DNA from: Alphaproteobacteria bacterium
Lineage (GTDB): Bacteria > Pseudomonadota > Alphaproteobacteria > Rhodospirillales > 2-02-FULL-58-16
Direction of reading: 5' to 3'
Assembly: GCA_024278615.1 (NCBI GenBank)
Contig: JAJRSS010000254.1
Span: 1-45,421 of the forward strand
Length of the DNA: 45,421 bases
The translations under genes and the position numbers were made by a program. The stretch's first letter is position 1. Each line of letters begins with the position of its first letter. Shown here in pieces: positions 1 through 8,121 of this stretch. The notes beneath the pieces are model-generated. The model was given only the letters and a program-made list of their open reading frames with translations, did not search any database and was not told the origin of the DNA.

Positions 1-800
1 AGCGCCGTACGGCCATCGCTGGAAAAGGCGACCGCCAACACGGCTTTGTCCGTATTCCCGAAGACCGCGATCTGTTTTCCTGTGCCCAGGTCCCACAGCC
101 GCATGGTCTTGTTCAGACCGGCCGATAGCAGCCGGCCGCCGGAGACGTCAAGCTGGGATACGCCCAATTCATGACCTTCCAGGCGCCCGAGAGCCCTTCC
201 CGACCGCGCATCCCAGATGCGGATGATCCCGTCATGGGCGCCGCTGATGACTTTCTTTCCATCATCGGCGAAGGCGACCGCATTCACCGGGCTCGGATGC
301 TTCAAGGACCGAAGCTGGCGACCCGTTTCCAGATCCCATAACCGGACCGTGCGGTCCCATCCGCCGGTGGCGGCGACCCGGCCATCGGGGCCAACGGCGA
401 CGCCGACCACCTTGTGCCGGTGGCCTTTGAATCGCCGCTCTGGTTTCCCCGTCGTCAGGTTCCACAGAATCGCCGTCCGGTCATCGCTGACCGTCAGGGC
501 TTGGGCTCCTCCAGGTAGAAAAGCAACGCCATTGACCGGCCCGTCGTGGGCTTCCAAAGACAGCAATTCGGTCTGCCCGGCGAAATCCCAAAGCTTGGCG
601 GTATAGTCGAAGCTGCCGGTAAGCACCTTGCTTCCATCGGCGGAAATGGCGGCGGCGCGCACCATTCCCCCGTGGCCGATAAAATCGGCGGCGGCCCTGT
701 TCAAGCCCCCGGCGCCAATCAGCAAAATCAAAAAAAATACCGCGCCGGGGACTGCTGGAACACGATAACGGCCGGGAAAATGGGTTCTCCGTGCGATCAT
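1..800 (-). CDS. WD40-repeat protein with N-terminal hydrophobic segment (3' end cut by window edge)
   Basis: The frame runs off the left edge, so it is absent from the ORF track. Reverse-complement translation from the ATG at 798-800 gives MIARRTHFPGRYRVPAVPGAVFFLILLIGAGG, followed by repeated WD40-type units (TGSFDYTAKLWD, TGGWDRTVRLWDLETG, SGAHDGIIRIWDARSG, GLNKTMRLWDLGTG). GGAG lies 5 nt upstream of this ATG. An alternative in-frame ATG is at 821. Confidence 0.8.
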   Translation of the reverse strand, partial: MIARRTHFPGRYRVPAVPGAVFFLILLIGAGGLNRAAADFIGHGGMVRAAAISADGSKVLTGSFDYTAKLWDFAGQTELLSLEAHDGPVNGVAFLPGGAQALTVSDDRTAILWNLTTGKPERRFKGHRHKVVGVAVGPDGRVAATGGWDRTVRLWDLETGRQLRSLKHPSPVNAVAFADDGKKVISGAHDGIIRIWDARSGRALGRLEGHELGVSQLDVSGGRLLSAGLNKTMRLWDLGTGKQIAVFGNTDKAVLAVAFSSDGRTA

Positions 801-1090
801 GACCACTCCAAACTCCGCCATGCCCCAAGCGTGCGTACCAACCAAAGCCTATCGCAAATTACTATTATGAGACGTTATTATTGGGGCGGAAATTGTCAAG
901 GGGCGCGGGCGGCGCGATCTTGGCTCCGAGTGCTTCCTTGGCCATCGTTGTTCCCCACCCTATAGTGCCGAAATGAATTGGTATTATTGAAACTTGAACT
1001 TATTTGTCTTTTAGTCCAGCTCCTTTCAGCTATTCGCTTAATTTGTTAAATTATCATCCTAACATGCTGTAACATTGGTCTTTAATCGAA

Positions 1091-2272
1091 ATGAATATCA
1101 GCTCCAATGCTGGCGGGTCCAACCGAAGGCGCGGGAGTCTCTTTTGGGCTGCAATTCCATTGGCCTCTGCATTTTTGGCCACGGCCAGCCAGCCGGCCGT
1201 GGCGCAGGATCAGGCTGCGGCCCTTGTTGTTGTGGATCAGGTGCGCAAGGAGCCCCTGAAGCAAACCATACCCATTCTCGGACGATTGGTGGCCCGCAAG
1301 GCCGGGGTTGTCGCCGCCCTTACCCGGGGCGCCGTCGCGGAATTCAGGGTGGACGTGGGCGACCGGGTTAAAAAGGGCCAGGTGATCGCCGTCCTGGCGA
1401 CGGACCGTCTGCGCTGGGAACGCCGGCTCAAAGCCGCCGAGGTAACCCAGGCCAATGCCGCCCTCAAGACCGCCCGGGCCAAACTGGACTTGGTGAAACA
1501 AGCGTTGAAGAGACTTGAAGGCCTGCGCAAATCCGCCGCTTTCAGCCAGGCGCGCCAGGACGATAAGCGACTGGAAGTCGCCACCGCCACCAGCGCCACG
1601 GCGGAAGCAATGGCCGCGGTAGAGCGGGCCAAGGCCAACCTCAGGCTGGCGGAGATCGAGGTGCGGAACGCCAAGATTCTGGCTCCCTATCCCGGTGTGG
1701 TTTCCTACCGCCATACCGAGGTGGGGTCATACCTGAATGTGGGGGCCGATGTGGTCACCCTCATCGACGACCAAAGCCTGGAGATCGAGGCCGACGTGCC
1801 GGCGGAGCGGGTACCGGGCCTGGTACCCGGAACAAAGGTATTCTTCCGTTTAGCCGGCCGCTTGGCTGGCCGGTCGAACGAAAAGCCCATATTTCCGGCC
1901 AAGGTGCGTGCCGTTGTCCCGGAAGAAAACCCCCTCACCCGCACGCGAACCGTTCGCTTTACGCCTTCCTTTGATAAACCGCAGAGTGGTTTGGCCGCAT
2001 CACAGGGAGTCACCTTGCAATTGCCGGCTGGCGCCGCCAGGGAAGTTCTTTCCGTACACAAGGATGCGATCCTCAACCGCAAGGGCAAATCCATGGTCTT
2101 TGTCGTTGAAGGCGAAATGGCGCGAATTCGCCCAATAGTGCTGGGTGAGGCGGTAGGCGGCAGATTTGAGGTTCTTAGCGGCCTGAAACCGGGCGACTTG
2201 GTCGTCGTGCGGGGGAACGAACGCCTGCTGCCAGAGCAAAAAGTCCGCTACCCGGGGAGTTCGGGGTCGTGA
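1091..2272 (+). CDS. Efflux RND transporter periplasmic adaptor subunit (HlyD/MFP family)
   Basis: 393-aa ORF with a signal-like N-terminus (AIPLASAFLATASQPAVAQ). It has a lipoyl-like segment (GDRVKKGQVIAVL), a long coiled-coil hairpin and a beta-barrel segment (ILAPYPGVVSYRHTEVGSYL). Its stop overlaps the RND permease start (GTGA at 2269-2272). Confidence 0.9.
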   Translation: MNISSNAGGSNRRRGSLFWAAIPLASAFLATASQPAVAQDQAAALVVVDQVRKEPLKQTIPILGRLVARKAGVVAALTRGAVAEFRVDVGDRVKKGQVIAVLATDRLRWERRLKAAEVTQANAALKTARAKLDLVKQALKRLEGLRKSAAFSQARQDDKRLEVATATSATAEAMAAVERAKANLRLAEIEVRNAKILAPYPGVVSYRHTEVGSYLNVGADVVTLIDDQSLEIEADVPAERVPGLVPGTKVFFRLAGRLAGRSNEKPIFPAKVRAVVPEENPLTRTRTVRFTPSFDKPQSGLAASQGVTLQLPAGAAREVLSVHKDAILNRKGKSMVFVVEGEMARIRPIVLGEAVGGRFEVLSGLKPGDLVVVRGNERLLPEQKVRYPGSSGS

Positions 2273-5200
2273 ACCTGATCCGCGTCGCCATCGAACGGCC
2301 CATAGCCGTTATGGCGGTAGTGTTGATGGTCGTCATGTTTGGCTTGGTGGCCCTTCAAACCATCCCCATTCAGCTTATTCCTGACGTGCGCAAGCCGGTA
2401 ATCAGCCTGCATACCATCTGGCCCGGCGCCGCTCCGGTCGAGGTCGAGAGAGAAATCACCAACCGCCAGGAAGAGGTCCTCAAGGGACTGGAAGGGCTTG
2501 AGGAAATCAGCAGCCGGTCCCAGGACGGACGAAGCCGAATTACCCTGGAATTCGCCGTTGGGCAGAACATGGACAAGGCCATGTTGCTGGTCTCCAACCG
2601 GTTGGACCGGATCAACGGCTACCCTGATGAAGCAGATGAACCGTCAATCAGAACCTCCGGCAGTGAAGACAACCCCATCGCCTGGATCGTACTGCGGCGG
2701 GTAAAAGGTAACACCCAAGACATCCACCATTTCGGGGATCTCGCGGAAGATGTGATTCAGGATCGCCTGGAACGGGTCGCCGGTGTTTCCCGGGTCAACG
2801 TTTACGGCGCCAGCGAGAGACAGATGGAGGTGGTCGTCGATCCCAACCGCATGGCCTGGTACGGACTGACCGTTACCAACGTATTGCAAGCCCTACGCGA
2901 CGCCAATGCCTCGATTTCCGCCGGCGATATCGAAGAAGGCAAACGCCGGTACGTGGTGCGAACCGATGGCGAAATTTCGTCCATCGAGGAAGCGAAAAGT
3001 GTCTTCCTGCGGTCGCAACGCAACCCCGGCACGGGTCAGGTGGCGCGGGTTTCCTTGGGCGACATCGCCGACGTCCGCTTTTCCTACAAGGACCCCGTGG
3101 CCCGCATTCGCATGCTCGGCGAACCGGCTTTGGCCATTAACACCGTTCGGGAAACCGGAGCCAACGTGATCGAGGTCATGGCCGGCATCAAGGAAGCCAT
3201 CGCCGAATTAAATGAAAATGTGCTTCCCGGCGCAGGCTTGTACCTGACCCAGGTCTATGACGAAACCGTTTACATCAACTCTTCCATCGGCCTGGTGCAG
3301 CAGAATATCCTGTTCGGTGGCGGTTTGGCGGCGCTGATGCTGTTGTTGTTCCTGCGCTCGGGCAGCGCCACGCTGGTGGTGTCGTTGGCCATTCCGGTTT
3401 CGGTGATCGGCGCTTTCGTCGCCATGGCAGCGCTGGGCCGTTCTCTCAACGTGATCTCCCTGGCCGGCATCGCCTTTGCCGTCGGCATGGTTGTCGATGC
3501 GGCAATCGTGGTGCTGGAAAACATCTATCGCCTGCGGGAGCTGGGATATTCCCGAAGCGAAGCCGCCTACAAGGGCGCCCAACAGGTTTGGGGCGCGGTG
3601 CTGGTATCGTCGTTGACCACGGTAATGGTGTTCATCCCCATCCTGGTCATGGAACTGGAAGTGGGGCAATTGTTCCGCGATATCGCCGTGGCGATTTCCG
3701 TGTCCGTGCTGCTGTCGCTGCTGGTGGCGGTCACTGTAATCCCGGCCTTGTCAAACCGCCTGCTGGGTGGCCGTTCCGTCGAAAGCAAGATGCGAATTCG
3801 CCTGCCACTGGTGGATTCAATGGCGTCCTTCTTCGTACGCGGCGTCCTGGCCTTTACCCGTGTAGTGACGGCAAATAGATTTTTGGCCGTCCTTGTTGTC
3901 GCTGTCCTGTGCGGGACGGGGGCATTGGCGACTTATCTCTATTTGCCGAAACTGGACTACCTGCCCACCGGCAACCAGAACCTGATCTTCGGCGTCGTTG
4001 TCCCGCCGCCAGGATACAATCTGGGCACCACGACGGACATTGCCGGAAGAATGGAGGATGAAATCCGCTACCTGTGGTCCCGTGAAACGGGCCCGGAATC
4101 CGAACCGGGCCAGCCACCAAAAATCAGCAGGTTCTTTTTTGTTGCCCTCCGGGGATCCACTTTTATCGGTGCTTCCAGCGAAGAACCCAGCCGGGTGGGA
4201 GAATTAATCCCCATCCTGAGCGAAGCGTCCTTCCGCGAACCGGGTACCTTCGGGCTGATCAGCCAAAGATCCCTGTTCGGCCGCGGCCTGGGCGGCTCCC
4301 GGTCTATCGAACTCAATGTTTCCGGGCCGGACCTGGAAGATATTTTGGGCGTCGCTCTTCGGGCGGTGGGCTTAGTAGAGGAAGTTATGCCCCGCAGTAA
4401 GGGAACCCAAGTCCGTCCCAAGCCGGGACTGGAACTGGGGGCGCCGGAGGTGCGGGTGGTGCCCAACCGCATCAAGCTTGCCGACAACGGTATTACCGCC
4501 CGTGAACTGGGCCATACCCTTGACGTTTTCAACGATGGCCTGCGGGTGGCTGAAATCACCGTTGATGGGAAACGTATCGACCTGACCCTAAAGGGCGGCA
4601 ACAGGAATATCCTGGAAACGCAGGGCATCGATAATCTGCCCGTGGTCACGTCGTCGGGGACCATTCTGCCCGCCAGCTCCCTGGCCGATGTGATCGTAAC
4701 CTCGGGTCCGACGGAAATCCGTCACCTTGAACGGGTCCGTACCGTGACCCTTGAAATCCGCCCGCCAGAGAACGCGCCTCTTGAAACGGCGTTGGATACC
4801 CTGACCAGCGGCGTGGTCGACAAGCTTCGCGCCCAGGGATTGCCGCCCGGTGTCCGGCTCAGCCTGTCGGGAACAGCGGACAAGTTGACCCAGACATGGG
4901 ACGCCATGGTTGTGAAACTGGCCATGGCGGTGATCATTGTCTATCTGGTGATGGCCGTGCTTTTTGAAAGCTTCATCTATCCGATGGTGATCATGCTTTC
5001 TGTTCCCCTGGCAACCGCCGGGGGTGTCGGTGGGCTGGTCATCTTGAACCAGGTCACATTTCAACCGCTGGATATGCTGACTCTGCTGGGATTCGTTATT
5101 CTCATCGGCATTGTCGTTAACAATGCCATTCTGCTGGTCCACCAGATCCTCCATCACATGCGGTCCGAAGGCCTTGCGGTCAGTGACGCGATTCACGAAG

Positions 5201-5451
5201 CGACTCGCAATAGGATCAGGCCGATCTTCATGTCCACCCTGACCAGCGTGTTTGGCATGCTGCCCCTGGTTCTCCTTTCCGGCGCCGGGTCTGAACTTTA
5301 CCGGGGTCTCGGTTCGGTAATTGTCGGCGGCTTGTCCCTTTCCGCCTTGCTGACCCTAGCCATCATTCCGTCATTGATGAGCCTGGTGACCGGATTCGCG
5401 GAGCGGAAGCACCACCGGGTTCCCCTACTCAAGAAAGAACCGGCGGAGTAG
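2269..5451 (+). CDS. RND efflux transporter permease (AcrB/AcrD/AcrF family)
   Basis: 1060-aa ORF with a typical N-terminus (MNLIRVAIERPIAVMAVVLMVVMFG). It shows two large periplasmic loops and two clusters of transmembrane helices (AGIAFAVGMVVDAAIVVLENI; LGFVILIGIVVNNAILLV). It is translationally coupled to the upstream adaptor. Confidence 0.95.
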   Translation: MNLIRVAIERPIAVMAVVLMVVMFGLVALQTIPIQLIPDVRKPVISLHTIWPGAAPVEVEREITNRQEEVLKGLEGLEEISSRSQDGRSRITLEFAVGQNMDKAMLLVSNRLDRINGYPDEADEPSIRTSGSEDNPIAWIVLRRVKGNTQDIHHFGDLAEDVIQDRLERVAGVSRVNVYGASERQMEVVVDPNRMAWYGLTVTNVLQALRDANASISAGDIEEGKRRYVVRTDGEISSIEEAKSVFLRSQRNPGTGQVARVSLGDIADVRFSYKDPVARIRMLGEPALAINTVRETGANVIEVMAGIKEAIAELNENVLPGAGLYLTQVYDETVYINSSIGLVQQNILFGGGLAALMLLLFLRSGSATLVVSLAIPVSVIGAFVAMAALGRSLNVISLAGIAFAVGMVVDAAIVVLENIYRLRELGYSRSEAAYKGAQQVWGAVLVSSLTTVMVFIPILVMELEVGQLFRDIAVAISVSVLLSLLVAVTVIPALSNRLLGGRSVESKMRIRLPLVDSMASFFVRGVLAFTRVVTANRFLAVLVVAVLCGTGALATYLYLPKLDYLPTGNQNLIFGVVVPPPGYNLGTTTDIAGRMEDEIRYLWSRETGPESEPGQPPKISRFFFVALRGSTFIGASSEEPSRVGELIPILSEASFREPGTFGLISQRSLFGRGLGGSRSIELNVSGPDLEDILGVALRAVGLVEEVMPRSKGTQVRPKPGLELGAPEVRVVPNRIKLADNGITARELGHTLDVFNDGLRVAEITVDGKRIDLTLKGGNRNILETQGIDNLPVVTSSGTILPASSLADVIVTSGPTEIRHLERVRTVTLEIRPPENAPLETALDTLTSGVVDKLRAQGLPPGVRLSLSGTADKLTQTWDAMVVKLAMAVIIVYLVMAVLFESFIYPMVIMLSVPLATAGGVGGLVILNQVTFQPLDMLTLLGFVILIGIVVNNAILLVHQILHHMRSEGLAVSDAIHEATRNRIRPIFMSTLTSVFGMLPLVLLSGAGSELYRGLGSVIVGGLSLSALLTLAIIPSLMSLVTGFAERKHHRVPLLKKEPAE

Positions 5452-5917
5452 TACCGGCGGCCAGTGGCCGTGCTTCGAGACGAGTCAATACCATGGGCCG
5501 CTGATATCAGAGCTTCGAAACCATGGGGACTTTGGATTCCCTGCACCCCAGAGCAGGGTTGCCCTATTGGCGGCCAATACCGGCTTTGGTGGCTCGCTGA
5601 TCAGTTTTTTTTATTGCGCTGCACAATTTTATACGGCGATTTTTTCTTCCCTAAATCCTGAAGAAAGACAATTGTTATTAGTTTCGGCTAATTTTTTCCA
5701 AATTTTCTTGCACTTAACTCCCTGACATCCCTTATCGCTTATATTGCAATGCACAATACAAATACAAGTTTTGACTAGCCGATAACCGGTGCCTCGTTTA
5801 TATTACTTATACCGAATACAATCACGCATTCACTCAATCGCCGCGATTCACGGGTCACCAGGCACTATAGCGTCAGACGTGCCTTAGGCTCTTCATCAAG
5901 GGAAAAAACCAAGAAAA

Positions 5918-6271
5918 ATGGATATTCAAAGAATTGAGGAAAACGCCCGGCGGGCCAGCACCCTGCTAAAGTCGATGAGCAACCAGCACCGGCTGATGAT
6001 CCTTTGCCAATTGGTCCCCGGGGAAAAATGTGTCGGCAACCTTGAAAAAATCATCGGACTTAGCCAATCGGCTTTGTCCCAGCACCTGGCCAGGTTGCGC
6101 CGTGACGGGTTGGTATCCACCCGCCGCTCGGCGCAGACCATTTTTTATTCCTTGGCCGGTGAAGAAGCCAGTTCGGTCATTGAAACCATTTATGGCCTAT
6201 ACTGCGGTAGCAAGGCCACCATCACCTATGACAAGGACTCCGACGCTCCCAGGACCGCCAGCGTCGGCTGA
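5918..6271 (+). CDS. ArsR/SmtB-family transcriptional repressor, BigR/SqrR-like (persulfide-sensing type)
   Basis: 117 aa. Winged HTH: HRLMILCQLVPGEKCVGNLEKIIGLSQSALSQHLARLRRDGLVSTRR. Cys residues sit in LMILCQL and in the C-terminal GLYCGSK, which is where the BigR/SqrR redox Cys pair lies. It is directly upstream of a persulfide dioxygenase-rhodanese gene. Confidence 0.85.
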   Translation: MDIQRIEENARRASTLLKSMSNQHRLMILCQLVPGEKCVGNLEKIIGLSQSALSQHLARLRRDGLVSTRRSAQTIFYSLAGEEASSVIETIYGLYCGSKATITYDKDSDAPRTASVG

Positions 6272-6380
6272 CGCCATTGGCGCCGGCCCCATTCGGCCGG
6301 CCGCGAATTTTTCCATCTCTCTTTGGCTGCATCCTTTGGCTGCATCTCTTTGGCGGCGGGGCCGCTGGAAAAGGCCATCC

Positions 6381-7433
6381 ATGATCTTCCGCCAGTTGTT
6401 CGACAGTATTTCGTGTACCTATACCTACCTGCTGGCCAGCCGCACAGGTGGCGAGGCGCTGATTATCGATCCGGTGTTGGACAACATCGACCGATACACC
6501 CAACTCCTGGGCGAACTTGACCTAAAACTGGCGAAGGCCGTGGACACCCATGTCCACGCCGATCACATCACCGCGCTGGGCGCCCTTCGCGACCGCACAC
6601 GCTGCGTTACCGTGATGGGCCGCCGCAGCCAGGTCGACCGGGTATCCATGCGGGTGGAAGAAGGCGATACCATCGATATCGAAGGCATTTCCCTTAACGT
6701 GATCCATACGCCCGGCCATACGGATGATTCCTATTGCTTCAGCCTGCCCGACCGGGTCTTTACCGGCGATACCCTTTTGATCCGCGGCACGGGCAGGACC
6801 GATTTTCAAAATGGCAGTCCAGCCGACGCCTACAATTCCATTTTTATAAAATTGCTTACCCTGCCAGACGAAACTTTCGTCTATCCCGGGCACGACTACA
6901 AAGGGAATACCGTCAGCACCATCGGCGAGGAAAGGGCTCATAACCCGAGGCTTCAGGTAAAAAGCGCCGATGAATATGCCGAAATCATGAACAATCTCGA
7001 TCTGCCCAATCCCAGATTGATGGATATCGCCGTACCGGCGAACCTGTCCATTGGCTTCGCCCAGGAAGACGAAACATTAAGAAAGGCGACCGTTTCCGCT
7101 ACTGAGGCTGTCAGTGAAATTGAAAGCCCCGATACCCTGTTCGTCGATCTTCGTGAAGATAGCGAACGGGCCAAGGCCGGCGTTATCGCGGGATCGGTTC
7201 ATGTCCCCTACCAAAGACTTGACGAACATATCCGTCCCGGCGGCGCCTTCCACGCCATGATCGCCCAATCGGCGAAAAAACCCCTTCTCTATTGCGCCTT
7301 CGGCGAGCGTTCGGCCCTGGCCCTAAAAGCCATGGGCGAAACAGGGATCAGCAACGTCCGTCATCTGGACGGCGGAATAGACGGGTGGATAAAAGCCGGC
7401 GGCAAGGTGGAGTTTATTAAGACAAAACCCTGA
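6381..7433 (+). CDS. MBL-fold persulfide dioxygenase fused to a C-terminal rhodanese domain (PRF/Blh-like)
   Basis: Track ORF 6030..7433 was trimmed to the in-frame ATG at 6381 (MIFRQLFDSISCTYTYLL, a typical ETHE1-like N-terminus). The upstream 117 codons overlap the ArsR gene. Metal motif THVHADHI, plus HTPGHT and FTGDTLL. Rhodanese active-site loop YCAFGERS. Confidence 0.85.
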   Translation: MIFRQLFDSISCTYTYLLASRTGGEALIIDPVLDNIDRYTQLLGELDLKLAKAVDTHVHADHITALGALRDRTRCVTVMGRRSQVDRVSMRVEEGDTIDIEGISLNVIHTPGHTDDSYCFSLPDRVFTGDTLLIRGTGRTDFQNGSPADAYNSIFIKLLTLPDETFVYPGHDYKGNTVSTIGEERAHNPRLQVKSADEYAEIMNNLDLPNPRLMDIAVPANLSIGFAQEDETLRKATVSATEAVSEIESPDTLFVDLREDSERAKAGVIAGSVHVPYQRLDEHIRPGGAFHAMIAQSAKKPLLYCAFGERSALALKAMGETGISNVRHLDGGIDGWIKAGGKVEFIKTKP

Positions 7434-7444
7434 CCCCTTGAAGG

Positions 7445-7867
7445 TCAGCCGACGATTTCGGTTTCACTGAAGAAAAAGGCGATTTCCTTGGCCGCGTTTT
7501 CAGGTGAATCCGACCCATGGACGGAATTTTCCTGCACGTTAACGCCTACCTCCTTGCGGATGGTACCTTCGTCCGCGTTGGCCGGGTTGGTGGCGCCCAT
7601 GATTTGCCGGTTGCGTGCGATGGCGTCTTCACCCTGCAACACCTGGACCACCACCGGGCCGGAAGTCATGTAATTGCACAACTCGCCGTAAAAGGACCGC
7701 TCGGCGTGCACGGCGTAAAATGCCTCCGCCTGTTGGCGGGTGAGCAGCAGGCGTTTCTGGGCGATGATACGCAGATCGGCGTCCTCGAAGAAGGCGTTGA
7801 TCTTACCGGTCAGGTTGCGGTGGGTGGCGTCCGGCTTGATGATCGACAGGGTCCGTTCAACGGTCAT
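7445..7867 (-). CDS. ndk: Nucleoside-diphosphate kinase
   Basis: 140 aa: [14 protein letters not shown] ... active-site NSVHGSDS. Full-length match to the canonical Ndk layout. Confidence 0.97.
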   Translation of the reverse strand: MTVERTLSIIKPDATHRNLTGKINAFFEDADLRIIAQKRLLLTRQQAEAFYAVHAERSFYGELCNYMTSGPVVVQVLQGEDAIARNRQIMGATNPANADEGTIRKEVGVNVQENSVHGSDSPENAAKEIAFFFSETEIVG

Positions 7868-8121
7868 GGTCCTGCTTCGCTCCGTGTGGTTCTGCCAAGA
7901 AATTCAAATCAAAAACCCCCGATTCATGGGGTTTTTCGAAGGTGGCCCCGGGTTCGCCGGAGCCAAAGTGGGCGCGTTATAGACGGATCGGACGGCGGTG
8001 GCAACCCAAAGCGGGCTTCCGCTCCCGGGGGGTCGGGCGCTTCGGCCCATTTCCCCCGTTTCCCGGCTATCCCCCATTTCCCATATTTCCCAGGCGACCC
8101 GGCTGTGTTAGACCCCCGCCC

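Noticed and set aside
5452-5661. Open frames continuing in the same frame directly after TAG stops: RND permease (5452-5661, 70 codons), asmA (22000-22137, 45 codons, Cys-rich: ...CGADQYFDKKSVEWLFPACKPKSGKVIGCEKLKLVKLACL), purN (25862-26035) and the SPOR gene. These raised the idea of amber read-through or reassignment.
   Set aside because: All well-known genes in the window end at family-typical lengths, and many use TAG as their stop. No recognisable gene needs an internal TAG. A same-frame continuation is a one-in-three chance event, and stop-poor frames are common here. The asmA-adjacent frame lacks any early start codon.
5560-5917. AT-rich region upstream of the ArsR-family gene, with TGCACAAT twice, a TATTG...CAATA inverted repeat, GCATTCAC/CGATTCAC direct repeats and a T8 run at about 5606-5613.
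   Set aside because: It is plausibly promoter/operator and a weak terminator for the RND operon. None of the motifs forms a clean 12-2-12 ArsR-type operator, and I cannot match a published BigR box from memory.
6030-6380. 5' extensions of track ORFs: 6030 (dioxygenase), 7942 (ABC-F), 13803 (aspS), 15791 (SPOR), 27103 (purN), 29303 (AI-2E), 20494 (ROK).
   Set aside because: The extensions overlap neighbouring genes or promoter regions, have biased composition, and precede internal starts that give canonical family N-termini.
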